A DNA stretch of 64,000 nt, from NCBI GenBank assembly GCA_051294375.1, contig CM119265.1, positions 12,513,866 to 12,577,865 on the forward strand, in the 5' to 3' direction. Positions 51,201-64,000 of the stretch are shown piece after piece. Position 1 is the first letter of the stretch, and each line of letters starts with the position of its first letter. This DNA is from Paraspadella gotoi. Its lineage: Eukaryota; Animalia; Chaetognatha. Made by a program: the position numbers and the translations under genes. The notes under the pieces are model-generated. The model saw nothing but the letters and a program-made list of their open reading frames with translations. It was not told the origin of the DNA and searched no databases.

Positions 51201-53850
51201 ACTAAACGGAATCTAATTAATTTAATTTTCAAAATGAAAGAGAGAGAAAGGAGGAGAGAGATGAAAGAGAGACGAGAATCGTGCCAGCCCTTTAGTTTTA
51301 AGTCTCTTCCTTTACCGTTACATACAATTCACTATGAAAATCCTCTCTTCATTTCCATTAGGAAGCACTGCCACTTATTTTTTTTCTATCTATCTGAGTC
51401 TAATCTATCTAATCTAAATAAACTTACTTAACTATCTACATCTTATAGCCTCTATCTCTTCTTTCTAGGAGATTGTCCTAAAAATGACTTTGTCTTCTCT
51501 TTTATCTTCTCTCTAATCGATACATTTCTTTTCCATCGCGAGAAGAAAAAAAAACAAAACAAAACAAAGAAGAAAAAAAAACTTTGATTCGGCGAACAAA
51601 AGACCGAAGTAAAATGCCACGAGTATGGTTAGAGCAGAGATAAAGAAAACGCACGACGACGATGAATCCGGACGAACCTGCCTCCTTTCCTCACCGACGG
51701 ACGAACTGTAGGTAAGCGTCTTCGTCCCCTTTGCCGCAGCTTTCATTCGTCCTCGGATTCCGCGGACAAACTTCGTCGCCCTGGTAACGACACCTTCGCC
51801 GGCGCCTTCTTCAACACACCCCTTTCGCAACGCCCTCTCGAATCTAAACAGATCGAATCTTCGACGAGGAAAAGACAACAAAGGTACGCCGAGTTGAATT
51901 TTTTTTTTGTTTTTCCTCCTTCGCTATGATTTATTGGGTTTCGATTTCGTTTTTGTTCTTTTCGTTGTGCGTTGCTTTTTGTCGTTCTCGTCGTAACTTT
52001 AGCCAAAAAAAAACAACAAAAAATGTTAACAATAAAATCAACAAAGAGAAGCTTCATTCTCGTTTTCGTACGCCAGTCTGTATTTCGGATTTCTTGTCTT
52101 AGTCTGTCAGGATGGTCTTTCCTTATAAATTTTACTATGTGGCAGAGATTTTGTATTCGCTGGTAAACAGGTAAAATTTCGGGCTCCAGAATTGGTGCGA
52201 GTAAAGCGATATAGTATTATTTTTAAAGCTAAAGCTTGGTGGGCCTCTAGTTGTTACTTTTAAGAGGCACAATCGTGACGTATTCTCTATTTTGTTCATT
52301 TTTTTCGAAAACAAATAGGAAAAAATGGTGGTGGGGAAATTAAATCACAATTTGAAAGCAAACAGACGCTCAAACATCAGTTTTCGGTCTTAAGTTTTGT
52401 TTCCTTTTCGTGCGATGAGCGGGAAAAAAAATAAGGAGGAGCGGGGGAACGTGTGTAAATAATTGTTAGGAACTTTTGTTCGGTGAGGTATTAAGGAAAG
52501 AGAGACTGTTTGATGTGGGAAGCGAATGTGGAAGGTGAAAAGTAAAGTGACAGAAAGAACTCCGAGTGGGCGTAAAGGAAAAGGAGGATGGGTTGGAACA
52601 ATGAATGGTGTGAATTTGTATGTGGAAAGCACTACGGAAGGAGGAGTAAGTGGAGGAGAGGAGACAAGAACGAAAAGTAGGGTCGAAATGGAAACAGTAA
52701 AACTGGGGGCTTATAACCATAATTTGATGGTGGAAGAGATTATTTTCATTAAATAGGCGTAAAAAGCTGATTTTTGAATGAAACACCTGAAAGATATGTT
52801 CACTATTAAAGAAGTACGGATTCTATTTTGAAATACGCGGTGAGAAATGAAGCTATTGAAAGTGTGGTTAAAAAGTTGTAAAGAAATTGAAGTAATGATA
52901 TTATATATATAAATTATATGTCGATACATTTTTTTGGACCCTGAGCACAGACCTAAAGACTGAAGAGCGACGAAAAAAAAAAACCCATCGACCCGAAGTC
53001 TAATTTTCACGCACCGAAAATTAAGCCCTTGTGATATAGTCACGGTAGAGACTGGGCGACAGTGGTTATTAATTCGATATTTTACTCAGCATATATTAAA
53101 TTCGCAAACGATTCACAATTTGGATTAAAAAACATACGGATGTCAGATTTTTGTGCCAAATTCAGTCACTTCTCATCCGCAGTAATCTGATTCACCCCTA
53201 ATTTAGACCTTTTCGGTCTCGCTTCATCACCAGACGACTTTGAATTGATATCCAAACCCGGGATCTTTATTCAAAAAATCCTAAACTTGAATTGTATGAT
53301 GTTTCCCCGTCGTTCTCTTCTTGCCCCCGAAAGTTATTTGCAACAAAGACGTTCATTGCTCTCCGCGTCGAAACTTCCCTGTCCATTGTCGGCCTCTTAA
53401 TTAAAAAAAAACCAAAACTTGCGTTAGATGTCGATAAAGAAGCGGATACTATCGTAGACACGAAGGCCGAAATGCCGACGCCGGTACTAGAAAACTTATG
53501 GTAGGGTGAATCGGAAAAAAAATGTCAAAGGAGGAAAAAAAAGGGACGGACGACGACGACAACAAACAAACGACAATCCCGTCCACCATGCGCCAAATGG
53601 TTGGATAATTATATAACCTGCAAGAAAGAGACTTATTACGCTCAGCAGCACCGAACGAACCAAAACTCCCGGTACTTCCTCGGAGGGTATAAAATCCATA
53701 TAGAGAGAAACGTCAGATAGTCTGCATCGAGTGACTAATTCAACTTGGTTGAGAAAAAAAACTTCGGTGGGTTCCAATCATGTCGACTCATTTGTTTCTC
53801 TCTCAGCTGGGCTACTCTCTCGGTGCTCATCTCTCTTCATCTCTAACTCT

Positions 53851-53885
<35 letters not shown>

Positions 53886-55293
53886 GAAAGAAAAAAAATT
53901 TGAAGGTTGTCTATTGCCTATATTATCAAATAAAGTAGATAAACGGTATCTCGCTCACAATTCTCCATAAAATAAAACCAAAAAATTTCGGTTTTATAGG
54001 TCAAATCATGTCGTATTGATTCATAACGGTAAACCTAAAATAAAAAAAAAACGGTATGTATGATCCATAAAAAATAAAATGATTCGTCATAACAGTCGTA
54101 AAGAAAGATCAAATTCAAATAACTGATATTTACGTATTTTATCTCGTCAAATCTCTCTTTTCAGAATAACACAATGATCCTTCATAATTTTTCACACGGA
54201 AGATAACTCCAACTGAAATGGGATAATAATTAGATACCGAGGAAGACGGGGGAAAAAATGGGGGGAAAAAAGGACTGGTGGGATAATTTTCAAGGAGACT
54301 TTGAAACTCATTTGCATGATTCCGAACACGGGACTGGCGGCGAAGGAGAAAAGGAGAAAATTGGAGACGAGAGTAGAAACGACATTGTATACGTTCACGA
54401 GGGGGCGTGACTGGTTTGTGAAGAGCTTTCACGAATGTGGGTTAAAGGAAGAAGGGAAAGAGAGAGTAAAGGAAGATGAAAAAAAAAAAAAACCTGGAGA
54501 GGAAAAGCGGCGAAGGCCGAAGGTTGGTTACGGGTTGGAAATAAATAAAATTTAATACACTATTAGAGGACGTATGTCATAACAAACCTAAGGACATATA
54601 CACTTTATACAGTCATTACAGACAGTATAAAAAATAAAGTGGTTGAGGCAAAGTTGCGACTGCAAAGGAAGAAAACCGGAAGAAGCTTTTCTCGGATTAT
54701 CGAATATCGAATCGGTTTTTAAAGTTCTCGTTTTTCCCCGTTGGTTGCCATGGAGGTTTGTTTATTTACATTTACTTACGATTTTCTTGTTCCAACTTAA
54801 GAATATAACAAAATATCGAAGTCTTTTTTAACAGAAAAAGAAGCGAAATCCCGTGATGGGATTTATTGTAATTCACTGAAAAATTCGTATTTTTTTTTGT
54901 TTCGAGCCGGTGGAATTGCTTCCGTTCAGTTTTTTTTTTTCTCTTTTGGTTGCTTTGCTTCTTTTATTAAAATCGACCGCGACCGAAGTTATACAAAATT
55001 TTAATGATGTTTCTCTCTGTTTCTTTTCATGTCGATAAACAAAGGAGATGATAGACGATGTTATCTCCGCAAAAAAGCGATTCGATCACCGGCAGAGATG
55101 ATTATATCCGAGTTTCGGCGTCGATGTACAACAACTTGAAAAAAAAAAAAAAAAAAAACATTAAAAAAATGACGCGATTTTCGTCTTTCGAACGATTGAG
55201 TTTCGAAAATTTATCTTCGTGTCTTAATTTAGTCCGGCGTTACGATAATTCCGTTGTAAGGGAACAAGGGCCTTTTCGAAACGCGTTGCCGGA

Positions 55294-55324
<31 letters not shown>

Positions 55325-55503
55325 GAGAGAGAGAGAATGAGGAGAGGAGAGAGACGAGAGAGATGGATGAGAGAGGAGAGAGAAGAGAGAGAAAGAATAG
55401 GAGAGAACGACAGAAAAATGAGGAAATACGTTAGAAATCAATGGAGGCATTACAAACTTCCACTGCCAGTGCAGAAACGGAGAGAGATTATGAGAGAGAA
55501 GAA

Positions 55504-55547
<44 letters not shown>

Positions 55548-56226
55548 ATCGACGCAACGCGATCTCGCGCTAGAGAAAAAAAAAAGTTTAAAAGATTCGT
55601 CGATCTGAAGGTCGATCGAGTTTTCGGGGGAATCACAACCGATACCGCAGAACAACAACAACAACAACGACGTCTACAACTACAACCTCTATAACAGAAA
55701 GGGCAATAGCTACCCCATCTGCTGCAACGAAAAGCCTCGGCAGACACGATCGCTCGATGGATCGAATGCCTCCTCATGGGCGATTTGGGAGCGGACGGCT
55801 TGGAGATGGGAAATCCGCTGACGGATTGTGATCACGCTGGGGATGCGAACTGACCTCGTAGAACATCTGAATCAATGGATTCGATCATCAATAATAACAA
55901 GTAAAATCACAAACATGTCTACAAAAATATAAATAATACAGTGTTTTTTTAAAAACTAATTTATAACTTATTTTGACCATCTGTTTACTTGCTGGTAAAC
56001 TCAAACAAAAATTACTTTTTTTTTCATTTAGTAATAATTCATTTCGTTGCTAAATATTTATATTATTTCTTTTTTTCCTCGTTTAATTCTTTCACTTTTT
56101 TTGAGTTAGTTTGTTTAATTTTTTCCCCTCTTTCTTTCTTTCGATTTTTAATTAAATTTTATGTTTTAAGTAGCTGTTGTTTGTTTTTCTTTATTTCTTA
56201 TTATCTATTCTTTTAATTACATTTAA

Positions 56227-56534
56227 ACACCTGAGGGCTCCACAGCAAAGAAGAAGGGAAAATATCCCGGTCAACCAACGCACAAAAACCAATTCTCCCT
56301 CCTGTGGATAAGGCGCTACGTGGGCTGAAGATGACTGTCGGTAACTTCTATAACCCCCTCTAACAGCCATGGAACGGGTCCCTGGGCTTGGAACCAGGCT
56401 TGAGGGTTTGCCATGCCCCCAAGGCGGCTTACGGCCGTCCTCACGCTTCCCGCAGGGTAGGTACCAGGTTGGGATTGAACCCGGTACGTAGTGGTCAAGA
56501 GCTGATGGCTTTACTCAATGAGCCACCGGGTCAC
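56227..56534 (-). mobile_element. tRNA-derived SINE (duplicate copy)
   Basis: Same as 37503-37820, within duplication copy 2. Confidence 0.68.
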
Positions 56535-57030
56535 AACTGAAAGCGTCATGATTCTAGGCGGGGTGAACCTAGGCAACGCCCGACTACACTCCTTGTATCG
56601 ACCGAAATGTCTAAACGGGAGATTCGAGACTCGAAGTCTCTCGATGAATAGATCGAGCGTAAAAACTATTTAATTCAAGGTGGGATCGTGAGGTGGATGG
56701 ATAGGTGGTTAAAAGTTGGTGGAGTGATTGGTATGGAATATTTCAGGTTTTTTTCGGGTGACGTCGAAAAAAGGAGTGACATTGGTGAGGAGTGAGAGGG
56801 AAGTGCGCGGACGGTGGGATGAGAGGTCCGGTGACGGGTAGCTTCGGGTATCTTACGTCTTTGCGGCGGCAAACGTTAGTCGATTACGAAGAGAAATCTA
56901 GATGAAGGTCACGCTCACGGAGAAATGGGAGTCGAGGTCGCCCTCTCATCCAATCGATGGGCGAAGACAGAAAAAAAAGGGAAAATCCAGAAAAAAAAAA
57001 TAGGCAGACGTTTTTCGGGTCATCCTGTCT

Positions 57031-57061
<31 letters not shown>

Positions 57062-58549
57062 GCCGACCGTGTCACGCGGCCCATTAAAAGGGGTCGTTGT
57101 GTTCGGAAGTGACCCTTACAACCGGGAGTTGGGGGATCGACGGATCGACGGGATCTGCTGACTCATCTCATTTGACTTTGGACGAGAAAATACACGTGGA
57201 TCATCCCGGGATTTCTTTTTAAAAAAGGGTATGACTTCACGAACTAGTTTTTATTACAATTGTTAGAAAATATCATAAAATGTTCACAAACTAGTAATCA
57301 ATTCTGCAATTTTGTAAAAGTGTTGACATTTTTTTTCTGATTTTACGAGAAGATTTGTTCGTCGAAAGAAAGAAATGACGATCGATATTCAATTTCAAAC
57401 TTTTTTTTTCCTTTTTATTTTCCTAATCGAGGAAAGGAGAAGATGATTGTGTACCGAGAAAAGGGGAAACGGTCGGGGAGAGAAAAGAAAATACGTACGA
57501 TGGATGCTTCGATACTTCAGTATGTTTATTTAAGAACGTTTCTTTAGATGAAGAATGCATAGAAGGAAAAACTAAAACTACTATAAAAAAAAAAACAGAA
57601 AAAAACAACCAACATTACAATTGCGTCTTAATGGAAAAGTCTCGTTTCTTTAAAGGAAAATAAAAATCAAACCGATCCGTGGATTAACCCACACAGAACC
57701 AATCTCGCGCTTTTTTCTCCCAACCTTTCCATCCTTTCCTTCAATTCGATCAACCTTTATTATTCGTCCTTGATCCCTCCTCAATCCTTATTCGACCAAA
57801 GCCTTTATATTTTATTCCTCCTTTCTCATCCAAATCATTTCTACTCGCAGAAAATCTTCTTGCCTCATCGCGCTGTGTTCTTTAAACGCGCCTGTCGTCT
57901 CCTTTCCTTTTAAATCTCGTCAATTCTAATCTTATGCTCCTTGTATGGATTATCACCTCATTCTCCTTAGTCAAACCATTTGACTTTCCATCATATACTC
58001 TCCTACTTTCTGAACTCGTCTTCTTTTCATTTCCTATCAGCGATTTCAATTCTCATGTTATTCCATCTCATCTCATCTTATCCCACGCCATCTCATCCAA
58101 TATCTTTTCCTCCCATCTCATCTTATCCCATGCCATCTTATCCCATCACATCTCCTCCCATCTCATATTATCCCACGCCATCTCATCCAATATAGTCTCC
58201 TCCCATCTCATCTTATCCCATGACATCTCCTTCCATCTCATATTATCCCATCCCATCTCATCCAAGCCCGTCTCATCTTATCCCGTGCCATCTCCTCCCA
58301 TCTCATCTTATCCCATGCCATCTCATCCGATCTCGTCTCATCTCATCTCATCTTTCGTCATCAATTTTCTTCCGCGAAAGCATTAAACTCCTTTTGTGTC
58401 CATTTAATCTTCGGAAGCCGAGAAACGTCGCGGCGAAAGAAGAAGAGGCGTCTCGATTGGAAAGAGAAGAAAAAACCTCGCGAGATGATAACGCGGCAAT
58501 ATTTAAAATTAAATTGTATAATTATATTATATTGTATAAATATAATGAT

Positions 58550-58980
58550 ATATGTAAGGCCGACAAATAAAAAGCATTCCGTAAATTACAACAAACACGT
58601 ACTCTAATATTGCCAATCATCACAATAAATTATAAATCATACATAATTACTTTTATGAAATTTATATGCGTATAAAAATTATGCAAATACTATCTAGGAA
58701 AAAAGTATATAACATAATTCATTTATTCAATAAAAAGTATACAAAATATGGGTAAAACATTCTGAATATTTGGTATGCTCTTTTCGGCATCGAGTACTGC
58801 CTGCATTTATCTGAGCATGCTCTCATACAGCAAATTTAGGTATGACAGTGAAATGGTTTTCCATACTTTAACGCAATTATTTTCAGACCCGATGTTCATG
58901 TTGCATGTCTTTCCCTCTTTTTAAAAGGTATAATAGCACTTTTTTGAACCAAAAAGGGTGCAAGGCCTTTAGCATTGTCA
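58550..58980 (-). mobile_element. Tc1/mariner 3' remnant (duplicate copy)
   Basis: Same motif at ~58765-58875. Confidence 0.65.
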
Positions 58981-59858
58981 AATTTAAAAAAAATAAAAAA
59001 AATAACTAACTAAGGAAAACTAATTATAATTTTTTCGCCATTTTTCATTTGAAGTAACAATATTTTTTGGCCTATAACTTCTAAACGATTAAACCTACAA
59101 AAAAATGTAAGGAAGTTACTGAAAAGAAATTCAATTTAGATCCAGAAAAATTCTGATTTTTTAAAAAATCAAACAAGTTTTCGAATAGATATCCTTTATT
59201 AAAAATGTTATATACTTTTTTTCCTAGATAGTAATTGCGTAGGAATTAAACAAATAAGACTCGAAACTCATTCATCGAAGCTGCGACAAAACATTCGCAT
59301 TAAATCTGAAGAATATATGCAGGAAATAATTAGAAAGGCTTGATGCAATTTTTCATAATTAAATTTTACATGCAAGCCGCTTTTAGACAAGACGGCCTAT
59401 TCGTGCCGCTCCGATCTAGATGTCTAATCCAATGCCTACTTTTTATTCTTTCTTTTATTCTATTATTGCCTTTAGCGAGAGCGAGTAAAGTAGGGCTGTT
59501 GCGGGGACAGGGTTTTGGGGTATGGGTTATCGTTATGTTATGGCAACAGCCGGGTTTCCTGTGATGCCCATTGGGATGGGGCATCTCACTGTTGGCTTGG
59601 GGGGCTTCCGACTCTCAGTGACGCCTCTCGTTACTGGCGCGGTTATCATAGGACGGTCTCGCTTTGCCAACGGGGAAGTCATTAGAAATGGAGATTGAAC
59701 ACAACGCTTGGGATGGTGTGTTCCCCCTCTGAGCCAATTGGATTGGCTAAACGATGATGGACGTGAGGCGGTGTAAATATACCACCACAATGTCTTCGAT
59801 ATTTTTTAGCAAGGGCTGATTGTGACTAGTGAGCAGCGTATGTCTAGGAGGTAGAATC

Positions 59859-59951
<93 letters not shown>

Positions 59952-61259
59952 TCTTCCGCATTTCTTTTTTTTGCGGGGAAGATAAGGGCGCGGGCAACGG
60001 CGTTGACATCCCGCGAAGACGACGATGTTTATATTTGTTAATGAAAATGACGTGAATCAACTCATCGTTGTGACAATTTCAAGCTAACAAGTACTATTTA
60101 CTATTCACTTCAGTGAGGTTTAAAAGCTTAATAGATGGACTTTTACAATCTACAGCCGACAGATGATAAATGATAAATGATAAATGATAAATGATAAATG
60201 ATAAATGATGACGATGACGATGACGATCACAATGAATAAAAAGTTAAGCCAGTTGCTCCCCTTTTTTTTTCGTGGAACAAATAATCGAAGGCGCGAGTTT
60301 CTTGTGACCAGAAAATCCGATTTTGATGACGAAAAGTGGAGGGAGGACAGAAGATGGAGGGAGAACTCGGGGGGGGGGGAATAGTAAATCAAATGGCAGA
60401 TGATGGGGGAAGAAATCGGAGAAATTATAAATGAAAAAGATATGATGATGGGCATTGTCTAAAAGTAATAAGTTTATTGAAATAAACTTTTTAGTATGGA
60501 TACTGTAAGTTGATTCCGCGTTCAAAACTATAAACAAACAAACACATTACAAAACGAACGCCTGTTGTAGACAACGCAGACAACGCAGGCAACGTCGACC
60601 CACACAGGCACGTCGACCACGAATTCGACCTCTGGTGACACAAACATTGAGAGGTCGAAGTAGAGAGATAACCCCGACGACGACGACGACGACGATAACG
60701 ACGACGACGTAAACGGCATCCCTCACATAGAGGAGTAGTTGTGAAAGAGGAAAAAAAAACCGTTGATCGGAAATCCGCGGATGTGAGCGGATTATAGAAG
60801 CTCATGACACCCCCCCCCTCAGATTTATTAAAGAAGCTCATGACTCAAGACCACCGAATCTTCTGCCCTTTAATTCACTTCACATTTTCCATATTTTCGT
60901 TTCCATCCACAGCTGCGCATTTTCCTCCTCAAATTTCGAAGCGAAAAAGGATTGAGAGTGGTTTTTTTTTTTAAATTTAATTACAATTTATAATTCGTAA
61001 CATGCGCCAATTGTTTTTTATCGTTTCCTGCTTCGCGACAATGTCCGCGAGAGACGTGTTGGCCGGACCGGTGTATCACCGACACGGAGTGGAGATTCGA
61101 ACAAAAGGTCGTTCGGGAATAAGGAATCGAGGTTTGTCTCAAACTCTGGTATTACATATTAATGATACAGTAAAATAAAAATACTTTAGTTTAAAGAACA
61201 GTATATTTTTATAATTAAATATGACGTGACCCTCAGATTTTCCGAATCCCGATTCCATT

Positions 61260-63310
61260 TTGACGGAGACGTCCAATTCCATCGCCTCTTCTAACGAGGG
61301 TCCGCCCGTCGTCACCCTCCATCGCGCCAATCCGCACGCGATTCAAACGCCGCTACCCGACGTCCGCGAACCTCCTCCCGGAAACGAAGTTCTCGGTAGC
61401 GACGAAAATATTCGAAACGTGGCCTTGACGCCGACTCGACCGGGGACGACGGACGAAAAGAGCGATGACGCTGGCGATGACGAGGTCGACGCCAACGGCG
61501 ACGGTCCGGACGACTACTGGATATCGTCGACGTCTGTTTCGAAAGACGACGAGGATTCCGGTCGCAAAACGGACAGCACTACTCTGCAAACATCGCTTGG
61601 GAAGGAAGTATCAGGTTCGACAGAATTTATTGTTTGATTTTCTATTAAAAATCTATCGTAAATCCTTCAATCCTTATTCTTATTGTTTATCTCAGGCGGC
61701 CCAAGCGGTTCGTTTCTCGATGCCCGGAAAAAAACTTGGAAAAGCGAACAAAGGCTCGCGGAAAGGTTTATTTTTGAACGATTGTCAGTAAAAAAACGAC
61801 AAATTCTTTTACTATTAATTTTTAATTTTTTTTTAAAAAGGGTGCAACGGTTGGTCGTCATGGAGTGCATCAAGCTGGGGGTGTTCAAACTGGAGTGCGA
61901 TTATCTCTATTCGCACATCTTGGACATGATGAAGAGAGGAAGGGCGGTTTACGCTTACGGTTATCAACGTAAGGCGAAAATTTAAGGAGAAATAATTTGT
62001 ATTTGGTTTCGAGGCCATAAAGAATTTAGTTTAATTTAATAACCTGCGTTGAATTATAAAACCTTGAATGCTTAACCAGGCTACGGAACCGCTCGCGAGA
62101 TATTCGCTCGCGACGCCGAGAAATGCCTGGACGCGACGCTGGCGCCGCACGCGCCGCAATTCAGCGCCGCCGTCCACGCGACGCCTCCGCTCGGCGGCGC
62201 CTTCGAGTTTTTCTCGTGTCTCTCGAAGAAAATCGCCTACGAAGCGGAGAAGTTGACGAAGATCGCGACTCTGTTGGCGGAGATCAAAGTCGAGTTCGAG
62301 AATATGTGCTTGGGGTAAGGTTTGGGGTGAGGAGTTAGGGGTCACTCGCTAGAATGAAAACAATTAAGTCGTAAGAATTTGAATTTATAAATTTACTTGA
62401 ATATCTATCCATTAGGCCAGGATCGAATATCTTTGTGGCATCCGAATTCTACAGTAATATAACGAATATAATATAATGAATGGATAATTTTTATATTGGT
62501 TGTACCAATTTCATAAAATTCAGCTCCTTGTATTTTGATGCTAGTGCGGAGTACAATAAGTATTCCCCGATCTAATACTTAAGGGAGTGGTCTTTTCATA
62601 CAATTGAAACATTCTTTGAAATATTTTCCACTTCATTGATAGGGAAGCCAGGTACTCTGGGAGTGAATAAACAAGACTGTGAGAGAGTCTTGATTGAAAG
62701 CTTGCAGGGACCTGCTATGTCATTATCTTGTAAGAGTGATGGAGGCCTTAAACCACCAAAGCCTGTCCAAAGTCAGGGGCAAGATAGCTTATTTATTAAA
62801 TGAATGGATAATTTTTATATTGGTTGTACCAATTTCATAACTATATAACTATTAAAATCAAATTGATCCAAATTGGATTCCAATTATTAAAGCTTCCACT
62901 TTCAAAGTAGGCTTTCTTTTTTCCCTTCGACAGCCCACTCTCATTGTACTGCAGCCAACATTTTACGACTATCGTCGAGGATCCTATCGTTCGTCTTCAT
63001 CGTTATTACGGAATCCGGGTAACTCTTCTCACTTACGACAACAGCACAAAACACTTTTGACCTTGTTTTCCCCCCCTCAGGTGAGTCAGCTTCGCTTTTG
63101 GACTCAGTCCATCCTTAGCGACTGTCGACTCAAGCCGGGATTCCCTCACTGCTTCTTTCAACGGATGCTCCTCTATGAGAAGCAGACCATTGAGAAGACG
63201 AAGCACGTTCTGGTCTTCAAGGCAAGGAGGAAGCAACAAAAGAACAACCTACTATTCACAATGCCCTAGAGAGGGCGGTTGCTGACTGGTTATTTGCGGA
63301 AACCTGAACA
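61260..63310 (+). CDS. Putative multi-exon gene of unknown function (approximate span; indel-disrupted)
   Basis: GC-rich blocks bounded by AG/GT with short AT-rich introns: ~61260-61614, 61696-61765, 61841-61959 (VMECIKLGVFKLECDYLYSHILDMMKRGRAVYAY), 62080-62313 (..GGAFEFFSCLSKKIAYEAEKLTKIATLLAEIKVEFENMCL), 62416-62452, ~62893-63018 and ~63081 onward. Confidence 0.45.
62475..62840 (+). repeat. Single 324-bp unit with ~42-bp terminal redundancy (same family)
   Basis: AATGAATGGATAATTTTTATATTGGTTGTACCAATTTCATAA at 62475 and 62799. Confidence 0.9.
62724..62786 (+). ncRNA. P5-type twister ribozyme candidate (best copy)
   Basis: UAUCUUGU-AA-GAGU-GA-UGG-AGGCCU-U^AA-ACC-AC-C-AAA-G-CCUG-U-CCA-AA-GU-CAGG-G-GCAAGAUA. 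P5 is 8 bp, P4 is CCUG/CAGG, pseudoknots are T1 CCA/UGG and T2 AC/GU, and the conserved UAA, GA and L4 U...AAGY are present. P2 is imperfect (ACC/GAGU). Confidence 0.72.
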
Positions 63311-64000
63311 AAGGATATTTTGGATTATGAAGTCTCGTTTTTCTTTGTCTAACCGAGCATTAAAAAAAAAAAAAATCTTTGTCATTGATCTTAAATGCTT
63401 TAAAATACCTTTTTAATAATACGCCTTGCATGTATAATACTTTGCAATATAAAAATCTCATGTACAAATTTATGTTGGCATGATGGGACAAGTGGCACTA
63501 TAACTGGCATAACAATTTTTGTGCTTTTCATTTCGCATTAGGAACTCATAGAAACTGAAAAATATATAACAGTTTGTGTTTAAACTGAGTTAAATCTTCT
63601 TGAAATTTTTAGTCTGTAAATTTTTTATGGGTTACTTTTGCATATTTCATTGACCGATTTATTTGACACTTTCGTTGTAAAACCAATTGACAACCGTTCC
63701 ATTTCTTTTCGTTGGTTTTCTATCTTGAAATATAACTAAAAACAATTAATGTTATCATAAGATTTATTTTGCTAATAAAAAAGAATATGTTGTGGAGACA
63801 AGTCTTTGACACTTATAAAATGTTAATTAAAATTTTTAAAAAGCACTAATCGTAAATAAAAAACAAAATTAGTGAATTTGTCAGTTTCTCAGCTTTTCCG
63901 GTAGGTGGGACAGAAAGCAAGGCTGCCATGCTCGTGGAAAACAGAAGACAAAAAAATGCATATAAAAATAAATATAGTGCAATTTGTTCGTGTGTAAATT

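Larger units (their letters stand above)
53883..64000 (+). repeat. Segmental duplication, copy 2 (runs off the right edge)
   Basis: Same colinear sequence as 35121-45968; lacks two of the ~320-bp repeat units. Confidence 0.95.

Noticed and set aside
47290-52170. GC-richer islands as exons (47.3-47.7, 48.4-48.8, 49.2-49.5, 50.5-50.8 and 51.6-51.9 kb)
   Set aside because: No recognisable protein motif or consistent splice-phase chain found by eye; left unannotated rather than excluded.
53205-53240. Minus-strand GGTGATGAAG...CGAAA..GTC hammerhead-like string
   Set aside because: Core lacks CUGA and stems I/II do not pair.

Overview
Repeat-rich, AT-rich eukaryotic (invertebrate-metazoan-like) genomic DNA with abundant (GA)n microsatellites, one assembly gap (34853-34877) and many single-base indels typical of an under-polished long-read assembly. 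Most supplied ORFs are microsatellite artefacts. The one clear host gene is an alpha-arrestin (ARRDC family) on the minus strand: four spliced exons from 10599 to 912, continuing off the left edge. Mobile DNA dominates: a 5'-truncated L1/Tx1-type LINE with a 12-bp TSD and two poly(A) tails, containing a 2.5-kb palindromic Chapaev-like element; a three-level nest (8-bp-TSD MITE > Penelope-like element with inverted hammerhead-bearing pLTRs > non-autonomous Gypsy-like LTR element); a TTAA-flanked degenerate DNA transposon; tRNA-derived SINEs; and a Tc1 remnant. Region ~35.1-46.0 kb recurs at ~53.9-64.0 kb. The most notable signal is a ~320-bp tandem and dispersed repeat in which each unit carries a hand-folded, circularly permuted (P5-type) twister ribozyme whose P1 is reduced to a 6-nt palindrome. 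This is a candidate twister-based retrozyme, lying sense-strand in an intron of an unidentified gene. All calls are by eye; no searches or folding programs were run.
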